Shown here: piece after piece, positions 1 through 8,300 of the stretch
Layout of the letters: each line of letters opens with the position of its first letter
How positions within the stretch are numbered: position 1 is the stretch's first letter
Assembly (NCBI RefSeq): GCF_019464535.1
Contig: NZ_CP080507.1
Location: 2,400,001 to 2,432,000, forward strand
DNA from: Horticoccus luteus
GTDB taxonomy: Bacteria; Verrucomicrobiota; Verrucomicrobiia; Opitutales; Opitutaceae
Direction: 5' to 3'
Length of the DNA: 32,000 bases
Translations under genes and position numbers: made by a program
The notes under the pieces: generated by a model
What the model saw: the letters and a program-made list of their open reading frames with translations, nothing else
Databases searched by the model: none
Told to the model about the DNA's origin: nothing

Positions 1-382
1 TGAGAAAGATCGCCACATCCTGGGCGCCCTCGTTGTGCTGCTTCACCGTCACAATCTGCTCCCATCCCTGGTCGGCCAGCTTCGAGCGGATCTTTGCCAC
101 GCGTTCAGTGATGTTTTCCGCGTTGCCCTGATCGAGGCCGATGACGTTGACGCGCACGCGCTCCAGACTGCCGAGGAGCTCGGCGGCCGCCGGATCCTGC
201 AACTTGGCCAGGCGCGCGGCGAGTTTCAGCAGTCCTGATTGCAGGTTCACTTCGACAAAATCGCCTTTCCCCGGGGGCAGCGCACCGAAGTCAACGTAGC
301 CGGAGGAAGGTGCAGCGCAGAAGCCGACCGATGCGGCACACACGAGAGCGGAAGAAACGATAAGCGAGCGAAACGAATTCAT
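1..382 (-). CDS. DUF4252-like secreted protein (3' end lies beyond the left window edge)
   Basis: Absent from the ORF track because it runs off the edge. The reverse-strand ATG is at 382-380. My hand translation is MNSFRSLIVSSALVCAASVGFCAAPSSGYVDFGALPPGKGDFVEVNLQSGLLKLAARLAKLQDPAAAELLGSLERVRVNVIGLDQGNAENITERVAKIRSKLADQGWEQIVTVKQHNEGAQDVAIFL, open down to position 1. It has an N-terminal signal peptide. The family assignment is from memory of the DUF4252 pattern. Confidence 0.6.
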   Translation of the reverse strand, partial: MNSFRSLIVSSALVCAASVGFCAAPSSGYVDFGALPPGKGDFVEVNLQSGLLKLAARLAKLQDPAAAELLGSLERVRVNVIGLDQGNAENITERVAKIRSKLADQGWEQIVTVKQHNEGAQDVAIFL

Positions 383-394
383 GGGAGGATGGAG

Positions 395-432
395 GTTGAG
401 GATTGCGCGACAGGTTTGCCGCTGTCCTCAAC
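395..432. repeat. Inverted repeat GTTGAGGA-N22-TCCTCAAC in the divergent intergenic region
   Basis: Perfect 8-bp arms at 395-402 and 425-432, with extra inner pairing (GCG/CGC). It lies 13 nt upstream of the minus-strand ATG at 382, so it would fall in that gene's leader or promoter. Confidence 0.35.
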
Positions 433-590
433 ACACAGGGCCAGCCGCTGAAGTTGCAGAATATTTCCGGCCGCCCCGTTTCGCGGGCATTTGCCCCGTG
501 CTGCCCGGCACGGCGGATTCGCGCGCCCGCGGCGGCGCAAAAATAAACCGAACGTGGTGGCCTCGTCCGCGCCGCGTGTTAAACGAAGGC

Positions 591-1463
591 ATGGCACTTC
601 TCGGGCAACGCAACCTTCTCGCGGTCCTTCGCTCCGTCCCGCCGGGATTGATTCTCGATGGCGGCTCCCATGGAGATATTCTGCTGCCCACGCGCTACGT
701 GCCCGCGGGCACTGCCCCCGGGGCGACTCTGGACGTTTTCGTTTATCGCGACTCCGAGGATCGCGTCATCGCGACGACGGAGACGCCCCTCGCGATGGTC
801 GGCGACTTCGCCTATCTCCGCGCCGTCAGCGTGAACCCCCGCGTCGGCCTGTTTCTCGATTGGGGTTTGGAGAAAGATCTCCTCCTCCCTCTGCGCGAAC
901 TCGCCTCGCCGCTCGAGCCCGGTGATTACCGCGTCGTCCGCATCGCGCTGGACGAACGCAGCGACCGCATCATCGCGAGCGCACGACTCAACCGCTGGTT
1001 GAATCTCACGCCGCCGCCTTACACGGAAGGACAACGCGTCAATCTCATCGTCATTGGCGAAACCCCGCTCGGCTACAACGCCGTCATCGAAAACGCCCAT
1101 CGCGGCCTCCTCTATCATTCCGACCTCGCCGGCGCGCTGCAGACCGGGGAGCGACTCGATGGTTACGTCCGCGCCGTGCGGCCGGACGGCAAAGTCGACC
1201 TCGCGCTCGACCGCGCTGGCTTCCATCGCATTCCTCCGGTCGCCGAGCAGATTCTCGCCGCGCTCAAAGCCGCCGGCGGCCACCTCGCGTTGCACGACGA
1301 CAGCCCGCCTCTGAAGATTCGCGCCGCTCTCGGCATCAGCAAAAAAGCGTTCAAGCAGGCGATCGGCACGCTCTACCGCGATCGCCGCATTGTCATCGAG
1401 CCCACTGGCATTTGGATCGCTCCGCCGAACGCCCGCTCGCGGCGGCCGGGAACGGAGTTGTAA
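591..1463 (+). CDS. CvfB/YitL-family S1-like RNA-binding protein
   Basis: ORF 381..1463, trimmed to the ATG at 591 (MALLGQRNLLAVLRSVPPGLILDG...). The upstream 70 codons are Arg/Pro/Cys-rich non-protein-like sequence. Repeated S1-like segments (GDILLPTRYVP..., FAYLRAVSVNPRVGLFLDWGLEKDLLLP, GYVRAVRPDGKVDLAL) and a C-terminal winged-helix-like tail (KKAFKQAIGTLYRDRRI) are typical of the family. Confidence 0.8.
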   Translation: MALLGQRNLLAVLRSVPPGLILDGGSHGDILLPTRYVPAGTAPGATLDVFVYRDSEDRVIATTETPLAMVGDFAYLRAVSVNPRVGLFLDWGLEKDLLLPLRELASPLEPGDYRVVRIALDERSDRIIASARLNRWLNLTPPPYTEGQRVNLIVIGETPLGYNAVIENAHRGLLYHSDLAGALQTGERLDGYVRAVRPDGKVDLALDRAGFHRIPPVAEQILAALKAAGGHLALHDDSPPLKIRAALGISKKAFKQAIGTLYRDRRIVIEPTGIWIAPPNARSRRPGTEL

Positions 1464-1504
1464 CCCCTCGCCCGTTGCGCGCTCATACTGCCTCTGTTTT
1501 CGCC

Positions 1505-1810
1505 ATGAAGAAAAATTTTCCGCTCCATTCGCCTGCCAAAGATGACCAGCGCGTCTTCGAAGCCGTCGTGCACGAGGTGCGCAAATACCTGAAACGCGAA
1601 CGCCGCAAATCGCCGCCAGAAGGATTCGACCTCTGGGAGTTCCACTGCCGCGTCGGCGCGACCGCTGAAGCCGCTGTCGCATCGTCCGCCAAGGACATCA
1701 TTACGGCCATCGCCGCCGTGGCGAAATCCGGCGCCGAGACCGTTTACGTCGAGATCCTGGCGCACGCCGCCAAGTGGCCCGAACGCGCCGCCACCTCCGG
1801 CGAAACGTGA
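1505..1810 (+). CDS. Small conserved protein, DUF6172-like
   Basis: ORF 1412..1810, trimmed to the ATG at 1505 ([51 protein letters not shown]...). The KYLKRERRK...F.LW.F.C..G signature matches my recollection of the DUF6172 family. Confidence 0.65.
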   Translation: MKKNFPLHSPAKDDQRVFEAVVHEVRKYLKRERRKSPPEGFDLWEFHCRVGATAEAAVASSAKDIITAIAAVAKSGAETVYVEILAHAAKWPERAATSGET

Positions 1811-1817
1811 TGAGACC

Positions 1818-2045
1818 ATGACGGCACCCGCTTCATCCAACGACCCGCTGCATGGGGTGACGCTTGAGCGACTGCTGACGGAGCTGGTCGAGCAATTCGG
1901 TTGGGCCGAGCTCAGCCAGCACGTGAATATCCGCTGCTTCCAGTTCGATCCCAACCTCAAGTCGAGTCTCGTCTTCCTGCGCAAAACCCCGTGGGCCCGC
2001 ACCAAAGTCGAGCAACTTTACGTGCGGTGGAAGCGTTCACTATAG
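1818..2045 (+). CDS. VF530-family (DUF2132) putative DNA-binding protein
   Basis: 75 aa with [24 protein letters not shown]...[29 protein letters not shown], the characteristic DUF2132 signature. It starts 8 nt after the previous stop. Confidence 0.8.
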   Translation: MTAPASSNDPLHGVTLERLLTELVEQFGWAELSQHVNIRCFQFDPNLKSSLVFLRKTPWARTKVEQLYVRWKRSL

Positions 2046-2528
2046 CGATCGCGCCAATGCGTTGAGCGTGTCGTCGCAGCGCGGGAAACCCGCATCCGTC
2101 GCCGCCCCCAGCACGTCACCACAGCGTTCCCGGAGCGTTTGCAATTCCGCGGCCTCACTCGTGCCAACAGGCTTCATCGCACGGGCCGCCCACTCGAAAA
2201 GAGTGAGACTCGAGACGAGTTTCAACGCATCTGTCCTTCCGCCCATCAAGCGAACCAGCGGCACTCCGCCGGCAAGTTGCGCCGCCACCACCTCCGTCAC
2301 GCGCAACAGTCGCCCCCGCAGGGTGGTGTCCGCCAGATAGGCGCATGCCTCGGCGCCATCGCGCACCGCGTAAAATTGTGCCGTGCTCGACCGCCCTAGG
2401 CCGGCGAGCTGCGGAAAGACATACCAGATCCAGTGGCTCGTTTTCTCCCCCGTCTGCAATTCGGCCAGTGCGGCCGAGAAACCTTGCCCGCGCTGATTCT
2501 GCGCCTCGTGGAAACGTTCGAGTGCCAT
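2040..2528 (-). CDS. DUF1810 domain protein
   Basis: ORF 2040..2843, trimmed to the ATG at 2528 ([12 protein letters not shown]...). The [25 protein letters not shown]...[15 protein letters not shown] motif is the DUF1810 hallmark. Confidence 0.85.
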   Translation of the reverse strand: MALERFHEAQNQRGQGFSAALAELQTGEKTSHWIWYVFPQLAGLGRSSTAQFYAVRDGAEACAYLADTTLRGRLLRVTEVVAAQLAGGVPLVRLMGGRTDALKLVSSLTLFEWAARAMKPVGTSEAAELQTLRERCGDVLGAATDAGFPRCDDTLNALARSL

Positions 2529-2596
2529 GTGCCACCGTCGCCGATGAACGCACCCCCGGCAAATCCATCGCTCTCGCGCGCAACCCGCGCGCCAGC

Positions 2597-3547
2597 TCAG
2601 CTCATCCCGATCAGCACACCCGTCAAAAAGACGAGGAATCCTCCAAGCACGACTTGGAAAATCGCGGCGAGCAACGGCGTGTCCATGTAGTGATTGCGAA
2701 TCCACGCGATGATCCCGAGTTCCACCGCCACCACAGCGATGGCGACTCCGATGGCCGTGCGGACATCCGTGATCAAGAAAGGCAGTGTGTGCCCGATACC
2801 GCCCGCGGTCGTCATCACGCCACATACAAATCCTCGCGTCCACGGACGTCCCCGACCGGTGAGGCTGCCGTCATCCGACAGCGCTTCGGCAAACCCCATG
2901 CTGATTCCCGCGCCGACACTCGCCGCTACACCCACCAGAAACGTCTCCCAACTGTTGTGCGTGGCGAACGCCGCGGCAAAAATCGGCGCCAGCGTGGAAA
3001 CAGAACCATCCATCAGACCCGCAAGGCCCGGTTGGACCACTTGCAGAACGAAAAGTCGCTTCTGCGCCGATGCATCCGATTCTTCCGCGCCCGGGCGCGA
3101 GTGGCCCATCGCCTCGGCCGTGTGCGCGTGGCGCGTCTCCTCCGCCACGAGATCGCCAAGAAGCTGGCGGATCCCGGCGTCCGTCGTGCGACGTGCCGCG
3201 GCCGCATAGAAATTTCGCGTCTCTGTTTCCATCGTCTCGGCCGTGGTGCGCGCCGCCTTGAGTCCCAGCGGTCGCACCAACCAAGCCGGCCGCCGCGTCA
3301 CGAAGCCCGCCACATCCTGTCGTCGCAAATACGGCAGATGATCGCCGAAACGACTGCGATAAACGTCGAGCAAGCGATGGCGGTGACCATTCTCCTCCTC
3401 CCGCATCCGCTCAAACTCCGCGGCAGCATCCGGAAAGTTTTCCCGCAAGCCCTGCGCGAAGCTGTCGTAGATTTTGGAGTCCTCTTCCTCCAGCGAGATG
3501 GCGAGCGCTAGAATCTCCCGCTCCGTCAACTGATCAAACGTCTTCAC
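2597..3547 (-). CDS. mbfA: Erythrin-VIT1 fusion (membrane-bound ferritin-like iron exporter, MbfA type)
   Basis: The N-terminal ferritin-like domain has two E...ExxH di-iron motifs (EEENGHRH and EETRHAH). The C-terminal half is a VIT1/CCC1-type membrane domain (GLAGLMDGSVSTLAPIFAAAFAT...). The start codon is GTG, preceded by GGAGG. Confidence 0.85.
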   Translation of the reverse strand: MKTFDQLTEREILALAISLEEEDSKIYDSFAQGLRENFPDAAAEFERMREEENGHRHRLLDVYRSRFGDHLPYLRRQDVAGFVTRRPAWLVRPLGLKAARTTAETMETETRNFYAAAARRTTDAGIRQLLGDLVAEETRHAHTAEAMGHSRPGAEESDASAQKRLFVLQVVQPGLAGLMDGSVSTLAPIFAAAFATHNSWETFLVGVAASVGAGISMGFAEALSDDGSLTGRGRPWTRGFVCGVMTTAGGIGHTLPFLITDVRTAIGVAIAVVAVELGIIAWIRNHYMDTPLLAAIFQVVLGGFLVFLTGVLIGMS

Positions 3548-3729
3548 GACCTCCGGATATGATCAGCGACGGGACGACGCAAATCCCAACCCGCACGCTC
3601 AACCGCCGTCCCATCCGCTGGGCTTCCGAAGTCCGCCGGTCGGCCAGAGCCCCGCAGCCCGCGACGGGCCAACAAGAGCCGAGTGCGGGCGCACTGACGC
3701 TCGCCGGCCACGCGCGCTATCCACTCGCG

Positions 3730-3972
3730 TTACGTCTTCTTCCTACTCCGGCCCGACGACGTCTTCGTTTTGCTGCGCGACGCCGTGGATTTCTTCTTCG
3801 TCTTCGACGACGCCTTTTTCTTTTTCCCTCCGCCCGTCTGTTTGTTGACGGTCGCCCAGGCGCGGGCTTCAGCGGTCTTTTCTTTCACGCCACGTTTTTC
3901 GTAGCCTTCTTCGATATGCGCCGCCTGTCGTTTTTGTTTGTCGGTGTAACTTGATTTGTCTCCACGTGGCAT
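3730..3972 (-). CDS. Small hydrophilic conserved protein with Lys/Ser/Thr-rich basic tail
   Basis: 80 aa. The N-terminal half, MPRGDKSSYTDKQKRQAAHIEEGYEKRGVKEKTAEARAWATVNK, resembles a widespread ~70-aa family that is often auto-annotated as plasmid stabilization protein. The tail is GGGKKKKASSKTKKKSTASRSKTKTSSGRSRKKT. Confidence 0.6.
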   Translation of the reverse strand: MPRGDKSSYTDKQKRQAAHIEEGYEKRGVKEKTAEARAWATVNKQTGGGKKKKASSKTKKKSTASRSKTKTSSGRSRKKT

Positions 3973-4157
3973 GGGTAATTGGGGGTTGTTGCGTTCACGT
4001 TAATCACGCGCAGCCGCTGAGAAAATCGGCCAAATGCAGGCAAAGTTCACCCGGTCGCCTCCGAGGCACCGCCTCGGGAAGTCCGCCATGCAGAAGGGTG
4101 GAGTCCCGTCACCTACTCCGTGTTTCGCGCGTAGCCTACGCGAGCATTTTGAAAAAC

Positions 4158-4251
4158 TGGCGGAGAGAGAGGGATTCGAACCCTCGGTAAGGATTTAAAC
4201 CCCTACAACGGTTTAGCAAACCGTCCCTTTCGGCCACTCAGGCATCTCTCC
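4158..4251 (-). tRNA. tRNA-Ser (anticodon GCU), class II with long variable arm, CCA encoded
   Basis: The reverse complement reads GGAGAGA-TG-CCTGAGTGGCCGAAAGGG-ACGGT-TTGCTAA-ACCGT-(GTAGGGGTTTAAATCCTTAC)-C-GAGGG-TTCGAAT-CCCTC-TCTCTCC-G-CCA. It has a 7-bp acceptor stem, a 5-bp anticodon stem with GCT in the loop, a 7-bp variable arm and a canonical T-loop. Confidence 0.93.
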
Positions 4252-4477
4252 GGAACAGGTCGCCCAGCCAATGCACGCCCCGCCCGAGTGCAAGGCACTT
4301 TTTGCGCGACCGCAATATGCCGCGTCAATCCGCGTTGGAAAAGGGGTTCCGGCGCGAAGGGCTGGCTGTCACGCACGGCGAAATTATTGCCACGCCAACA
4401 CGGCACGCGGGCGGTTTTCCCTTGGCGCATCAGACGAGGGATATTGCATGAGCTGCGCCGCGGCGCTGCGGTGAAAC

Positions 4478-5194
4478 GTGAGCACGTCGCATCCGGATAC
4501 CCCACCCTCCGCCCGTGTGCTCGTCGTCGAAGACGAGTTGCCGGTCCGGCAGTCTATTGTCGAAGCACTGACGCAGGAGGGTTGGCTCGTGATGGAAGCG
4601 GGGCGCGGGCGCGAGATGCTCCCGTTGCTTCGCGAACACGCCTTCGATCTCGTGGTGCTCGATTGGATGCTACCCGGACGCGACGGCTTGGAGTTGTTGC
4701 AACACGTCCGAGCGCGGGGTGCACAAACCCCCGTGCTGATGCTGACTCCCGCCGATGGCGTCGATGACCGTGTGATCGGCTTGGAGAGCGGCGCCGACGA
4801 CTGCCTGGACAAGCCGTTCGTGGTAGCTGAACTCATCGCGCGTTGCCGTGCTCTGCTGCGCCGGCCGTTGCTGAGCATGGGGGATTTTTTGCAGTGCGGA
4901 GACCTGCAACTCGACACGCGGAGACGAGTGGCTTTCCGCGCCGGCGAGGAAATCTCACTTTCGCCCCGCGAGGCGGATTTGCTGGAATTTTTCCTGCGCT
5001 ACCAAGTACAGGTGGTAACACGCGAAATGCTGGAGCACGACGTGTGGAAAGCCTCGCGGCGCTTGACCTCTCTCGACAACGTCATCGACGTGCAAGTGAT
5101 GCGATTGCGGCGCAAAATTGACGGGGAATATCCTGTCAAACTGCTGCACACGGTTCGCGGTGTAGGCTACCGTCTTGCTGCGGACGCTCCATGA
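4478..5194 (+). CDS. OmpR/PhoB-family response regulator (REC + winged-helix); no adjacent kinase
   Basis: GTG start. The receiver has VLVVEDE, a phospho-Asp in LVVLDWMLPGRDG, and DKPF. The C-terminal trans_reg_C domain has LSPREADLLEFFLRY...VIDVQVMRLRRKI...TVRGVGYRL. Confidence 0.9.
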   Translation: MSTSHPDTPPSARVLVVEDELPVRQSIVEALTQEGWLVMEAGRGREMLPLLREHAFDLVVLDWMLPGRDGLELLQHVRARGAQTPVLMLTPADGVDDRVIGLESGADDCLDKPFVVAELIARCRALLRRPLLSMGDFLQCGDLQLDTRRRVAFRAGEEISLSPREADLLEFFLRYQVQVVTREMLEHDVWKASRRLTSLDNVIDVQVMRLRRKIDGEYPVKLLHTVRGVGYRLAADAP

Positions 5195-5322
5195 ATTCTC
5201 CCGTCGCAAAGGCGAAAGAGGGGCAATGATCGCCGGCCGTCCACTTGTCTTGCTTCCAAACCTGACAGAAAGGTAAGGGAGATAGCGTCGTGTGAAACAA
5301 GCATCTGGGCGATATTCCCTAG

Positions 5323-8300
5323 GTGTCTGAAGTGTGCCTTGGTTCGTCAGCGTCCCGCCGCCGTTGGCCGGTCGAAAAGCAGGTGCGAGAAAGTGCTCCC
5401 CGCTTCCGGCCGCATGCGATCGGGTTGAACGCGCTTCAACTCGCTCTCCGGGCCGCAACAATCGCGACAGTGTTCCTTGCGGCAACGCTGTGTCGGGCTG
5501 CCGAAACCAAGTGGCAGGACGGGAGTGGAAACTCCAACTGGACCAACAGCAACAATTGGACGAATGGAGTGCCGGGTTCGGGTGACAAGGCCACGTTCGA
5601 TCAAACCACTACCAAGTCCCCGAATATCAACTCCAACACGACGCTTGGCTCGTTGCAGTTTTCCGGCACCACCGACGCAGAAGCGTTCACGGGATCCCGC
5701 ACCCTCACCCTCAGTGGAGTGGCTGGCGTCGGCATAGATAATCAAGTCGCCCTGACGCAAACGTTCGCGAACAAATTCGCGTTGGACGCGAATCAGACGT
5801 GGCAGACGACCGCCGACGCCAGCGGCCTCGTCTTCAATGGCACGATCAATCTCGGCGGCTACGGGCTGACTCTTGCGCTCGCTTCCGCTTCCGGCGAATC
5901 GGCGACGATCGAAATCAATGCGAACATCGCGAGCACCGCGGGCGACCTCACGATTACGGGGAACGGCAGTGTTCTGCTCAGCGCCAAGGCCAATTACACC
6001 GGCACGACGACGATAGATTCCGGAGCGACCCTCGCGCTTTCCGGGAACGCCACTTTCAACAGCGCGGGCTCCCTTGTGCTGAACTCCGGCGGCACCCTCG
6101 AGATGAACGGTATCAGCGATATGGTTTCGAGTCTCGCAGGGGCCGGCGACCTTGAGTTGGGGGCCGGAAAATTGACCATCAATGGCACTACGTCGACCAG
6201 CTACTCCGGCCAAATTTCCGGCGTCGGCGGCAGCCTTGACAAGCGCGGCTCCAGCACCTTGACGCTGGCGGGCGACAACGCGTTCAGCGGCGGAGTGACT
6301 CTAAACAGCGGCATCCTGCAGATCGATTCGGATACGGCGCTGGGCACGGGCACGCTTGACCTCAGTGGAGGCACCCTGACGTCGACCGCCGATCGCTCGC
6401 TGGCCAACGATTTCGTGATGACCGGCGGGTCCACTATCGCGGCGCTGGCGGGCGTGGATTTCACATTCACCAGCGACAACATCTCGCCCGGAAGCGGCAG
6501 TCTGACTCTCACCAACGAGTCAGGCACCGGAATCGTTTCGGTCGGCTTTTCGGGCAGCGGCGCGACCTTCGATTTCGATCGCACTCTCACACTCAGCGAC
6601 AACACCGAGTTGAGATTTCTCAACGGAAGCGGCGTGCAGACGTTCTCGGGCACGATCGCGGGAACGGGCAACGTTATCCGCAATGCCGCCGGCGGGACCA
6701 CCGTGTTCGACTCCAACAACAACTTCACGGGCAGCCTCGAGTTGTTGGCGGGCACAGTCCAAATCTCCGCCGACAACCAACTCGGCGCCACGCCGGGCTC
6801 CCCGACGGCTGACCGCATTATATTTGACGGGGGCACCCTTGCGACGACTGACACGCTCACGGTGAACGCCAACCGCGGCATCACCTTGGCGGCGGGCGGC
6901 GGGACTTTTGATGTCGTTTCCGCGGGGGCCGATACGACCTACATGGGCGTGATCGCGGGCAGCGGAGACTTGAACAAAACCGGCGACGGGCTGCTTTACC
7001 TCGGCGGAGCGAACACCTTCTCGGGCGATATCGCCATCACCGCCGGCGGCTTGGTGGCCGAAAGCAACGCCGCGTTGGGACCGGGCGGAACGACGTCGGT
7101 AGGCAATGGAGCAACTTTGGCGGTAACCGGCGGAGTGACCATTAACTCTGAAACCAACATCACCTTGGAGGGGGATGGGGTGTCCGGCACTGATGGCGCC
7201 CTATATAGCATGGCGGGCACCAACGAAATCGATAGTCTCCTCACGTTGAGCGCGGACGCTCGCGTGGTCAGCGCCGCGGATAAATTAAGCCTGTCCGGCG
7301 GCATCGCTGGATCCGGAAATAATCTCCTCTTCGATGCCCAAGGCACCAGCGAAATTGCGGTGGACGGCGGCATCGCCACGGGCGCGGGCACGGTGACGAA
7401 AAACGACGCCGGCACGCTCACCTTCAGCGGCAGCAGTGCAAACACCTACACCGGCACGACCACGGTCAACGCCGGCACTCTCGTGCTGGCGAAGAGCGGC
7501 GCGGCCACCGCCATCGCCGGCAATCTTGTGATCGGCGACGGCACCGGCACCGACACCGTGCGACTTGACGCGGCGAACCAACTCGCGAGCACCTCGGCCG
7601 TCACATTCACCGCCGGCGGCACGCCCACGCTCAACCTCAACGGCTTCGCCCAAACGCTCGGTTCCATCGCCAGCACTAATTCCAGCGCGGTGATCGCTTT
7701 CGGTTCTCCCGGCGGCGCCACCGATTTCACGGTCGGCGACGCCACGAGCACGACCTACGCGGGCACCTTCACCAGCGGCAACGCCAACGGCCGCCTCGTC
7801 AAGGAAGGCGCGGGCGCGCTCACCCTGAGCGGCGCGAGCCCGGGCTTCACCGGCGCGGTGCTCGTCGACCAAGGCACGCTCAAAGTGCAAAACGTCAACG
7901 CGCTCGGCAGTGGCACCGCGGGCACTACCGTCGCTTCGGGCGCCACACTGCAATTGGACAGCGTGCTGGCTCCGTTCAACGGCACGCTCACGCTCTCCGG
8001 CACCGGGGTCAGCGGTGTCGGCGCGCTTTATGGCACTGGCGGCAACAACCGCTGGGAAAGCAACATCACCCTCGCCGGCGACGCCACGATCGGCACCAAC
8101 GCCACCGGCTACCTCGCCCTCGGCCTGACGACCACGCGCTACAACCGCGCGCTCTCCGACCCCAGCGGCACACCCACCGACCCGACGACGCTGAGTCTCG
8201 GCGCCAACACCCTCACGCTCACCGGCACCACCTCCGCCGCCAACCACATCGCCACCTATATCAACGCGCAAGTCACCGGCACCGGCAACCTCGTCATCGC

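Noticed and set aside
579-1682. 367-aa minus-strand ORF (also 1373-2005 minus)
   Set aside because: It is antisense to the CvfB-like, DUF6172-like and VF530 genes, and has Arg-rich non-protein-like composition.
2345-3511. 388-aa plus-strand ORF
   Set aside because: It is antisense to mbfA and DUF1810 and has Arg/Ser/Pro-rich composition. The opposite-strand genes have diagnostic motifs.
4112-4157. Hairpin CGCGT-AGCCT-ACGCG followed by TTTT just outside the tRNA-Ser 3' end
   Set aside because: The T-run lies on the plus strand, where nothing upstream is transcribed toward it. On the tRNA strand the hairpin is not followed by a U-tract. The stem is only 5 bp, which is too weak to call a terminator.
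3548-4477. tRNA-Ser as the anchor of an integrated genomic island
   Set aside because: No integrase, recombinase or phage/plasmid genes lie on either side. I saw no direct repeat of the tRNA 3' end. The neighbouring genes are ordinary chromosomal types.
4203-4505. 100-aa minus-strand ORF, plus ORFs 4271-4474 and 4288-4767 on the plus strand
   Set aside because: They overlap the tRNA-Ser gene or the response-regulator gene and its leader. Composition is Arg/Cys/Ala-rich with no motifs.
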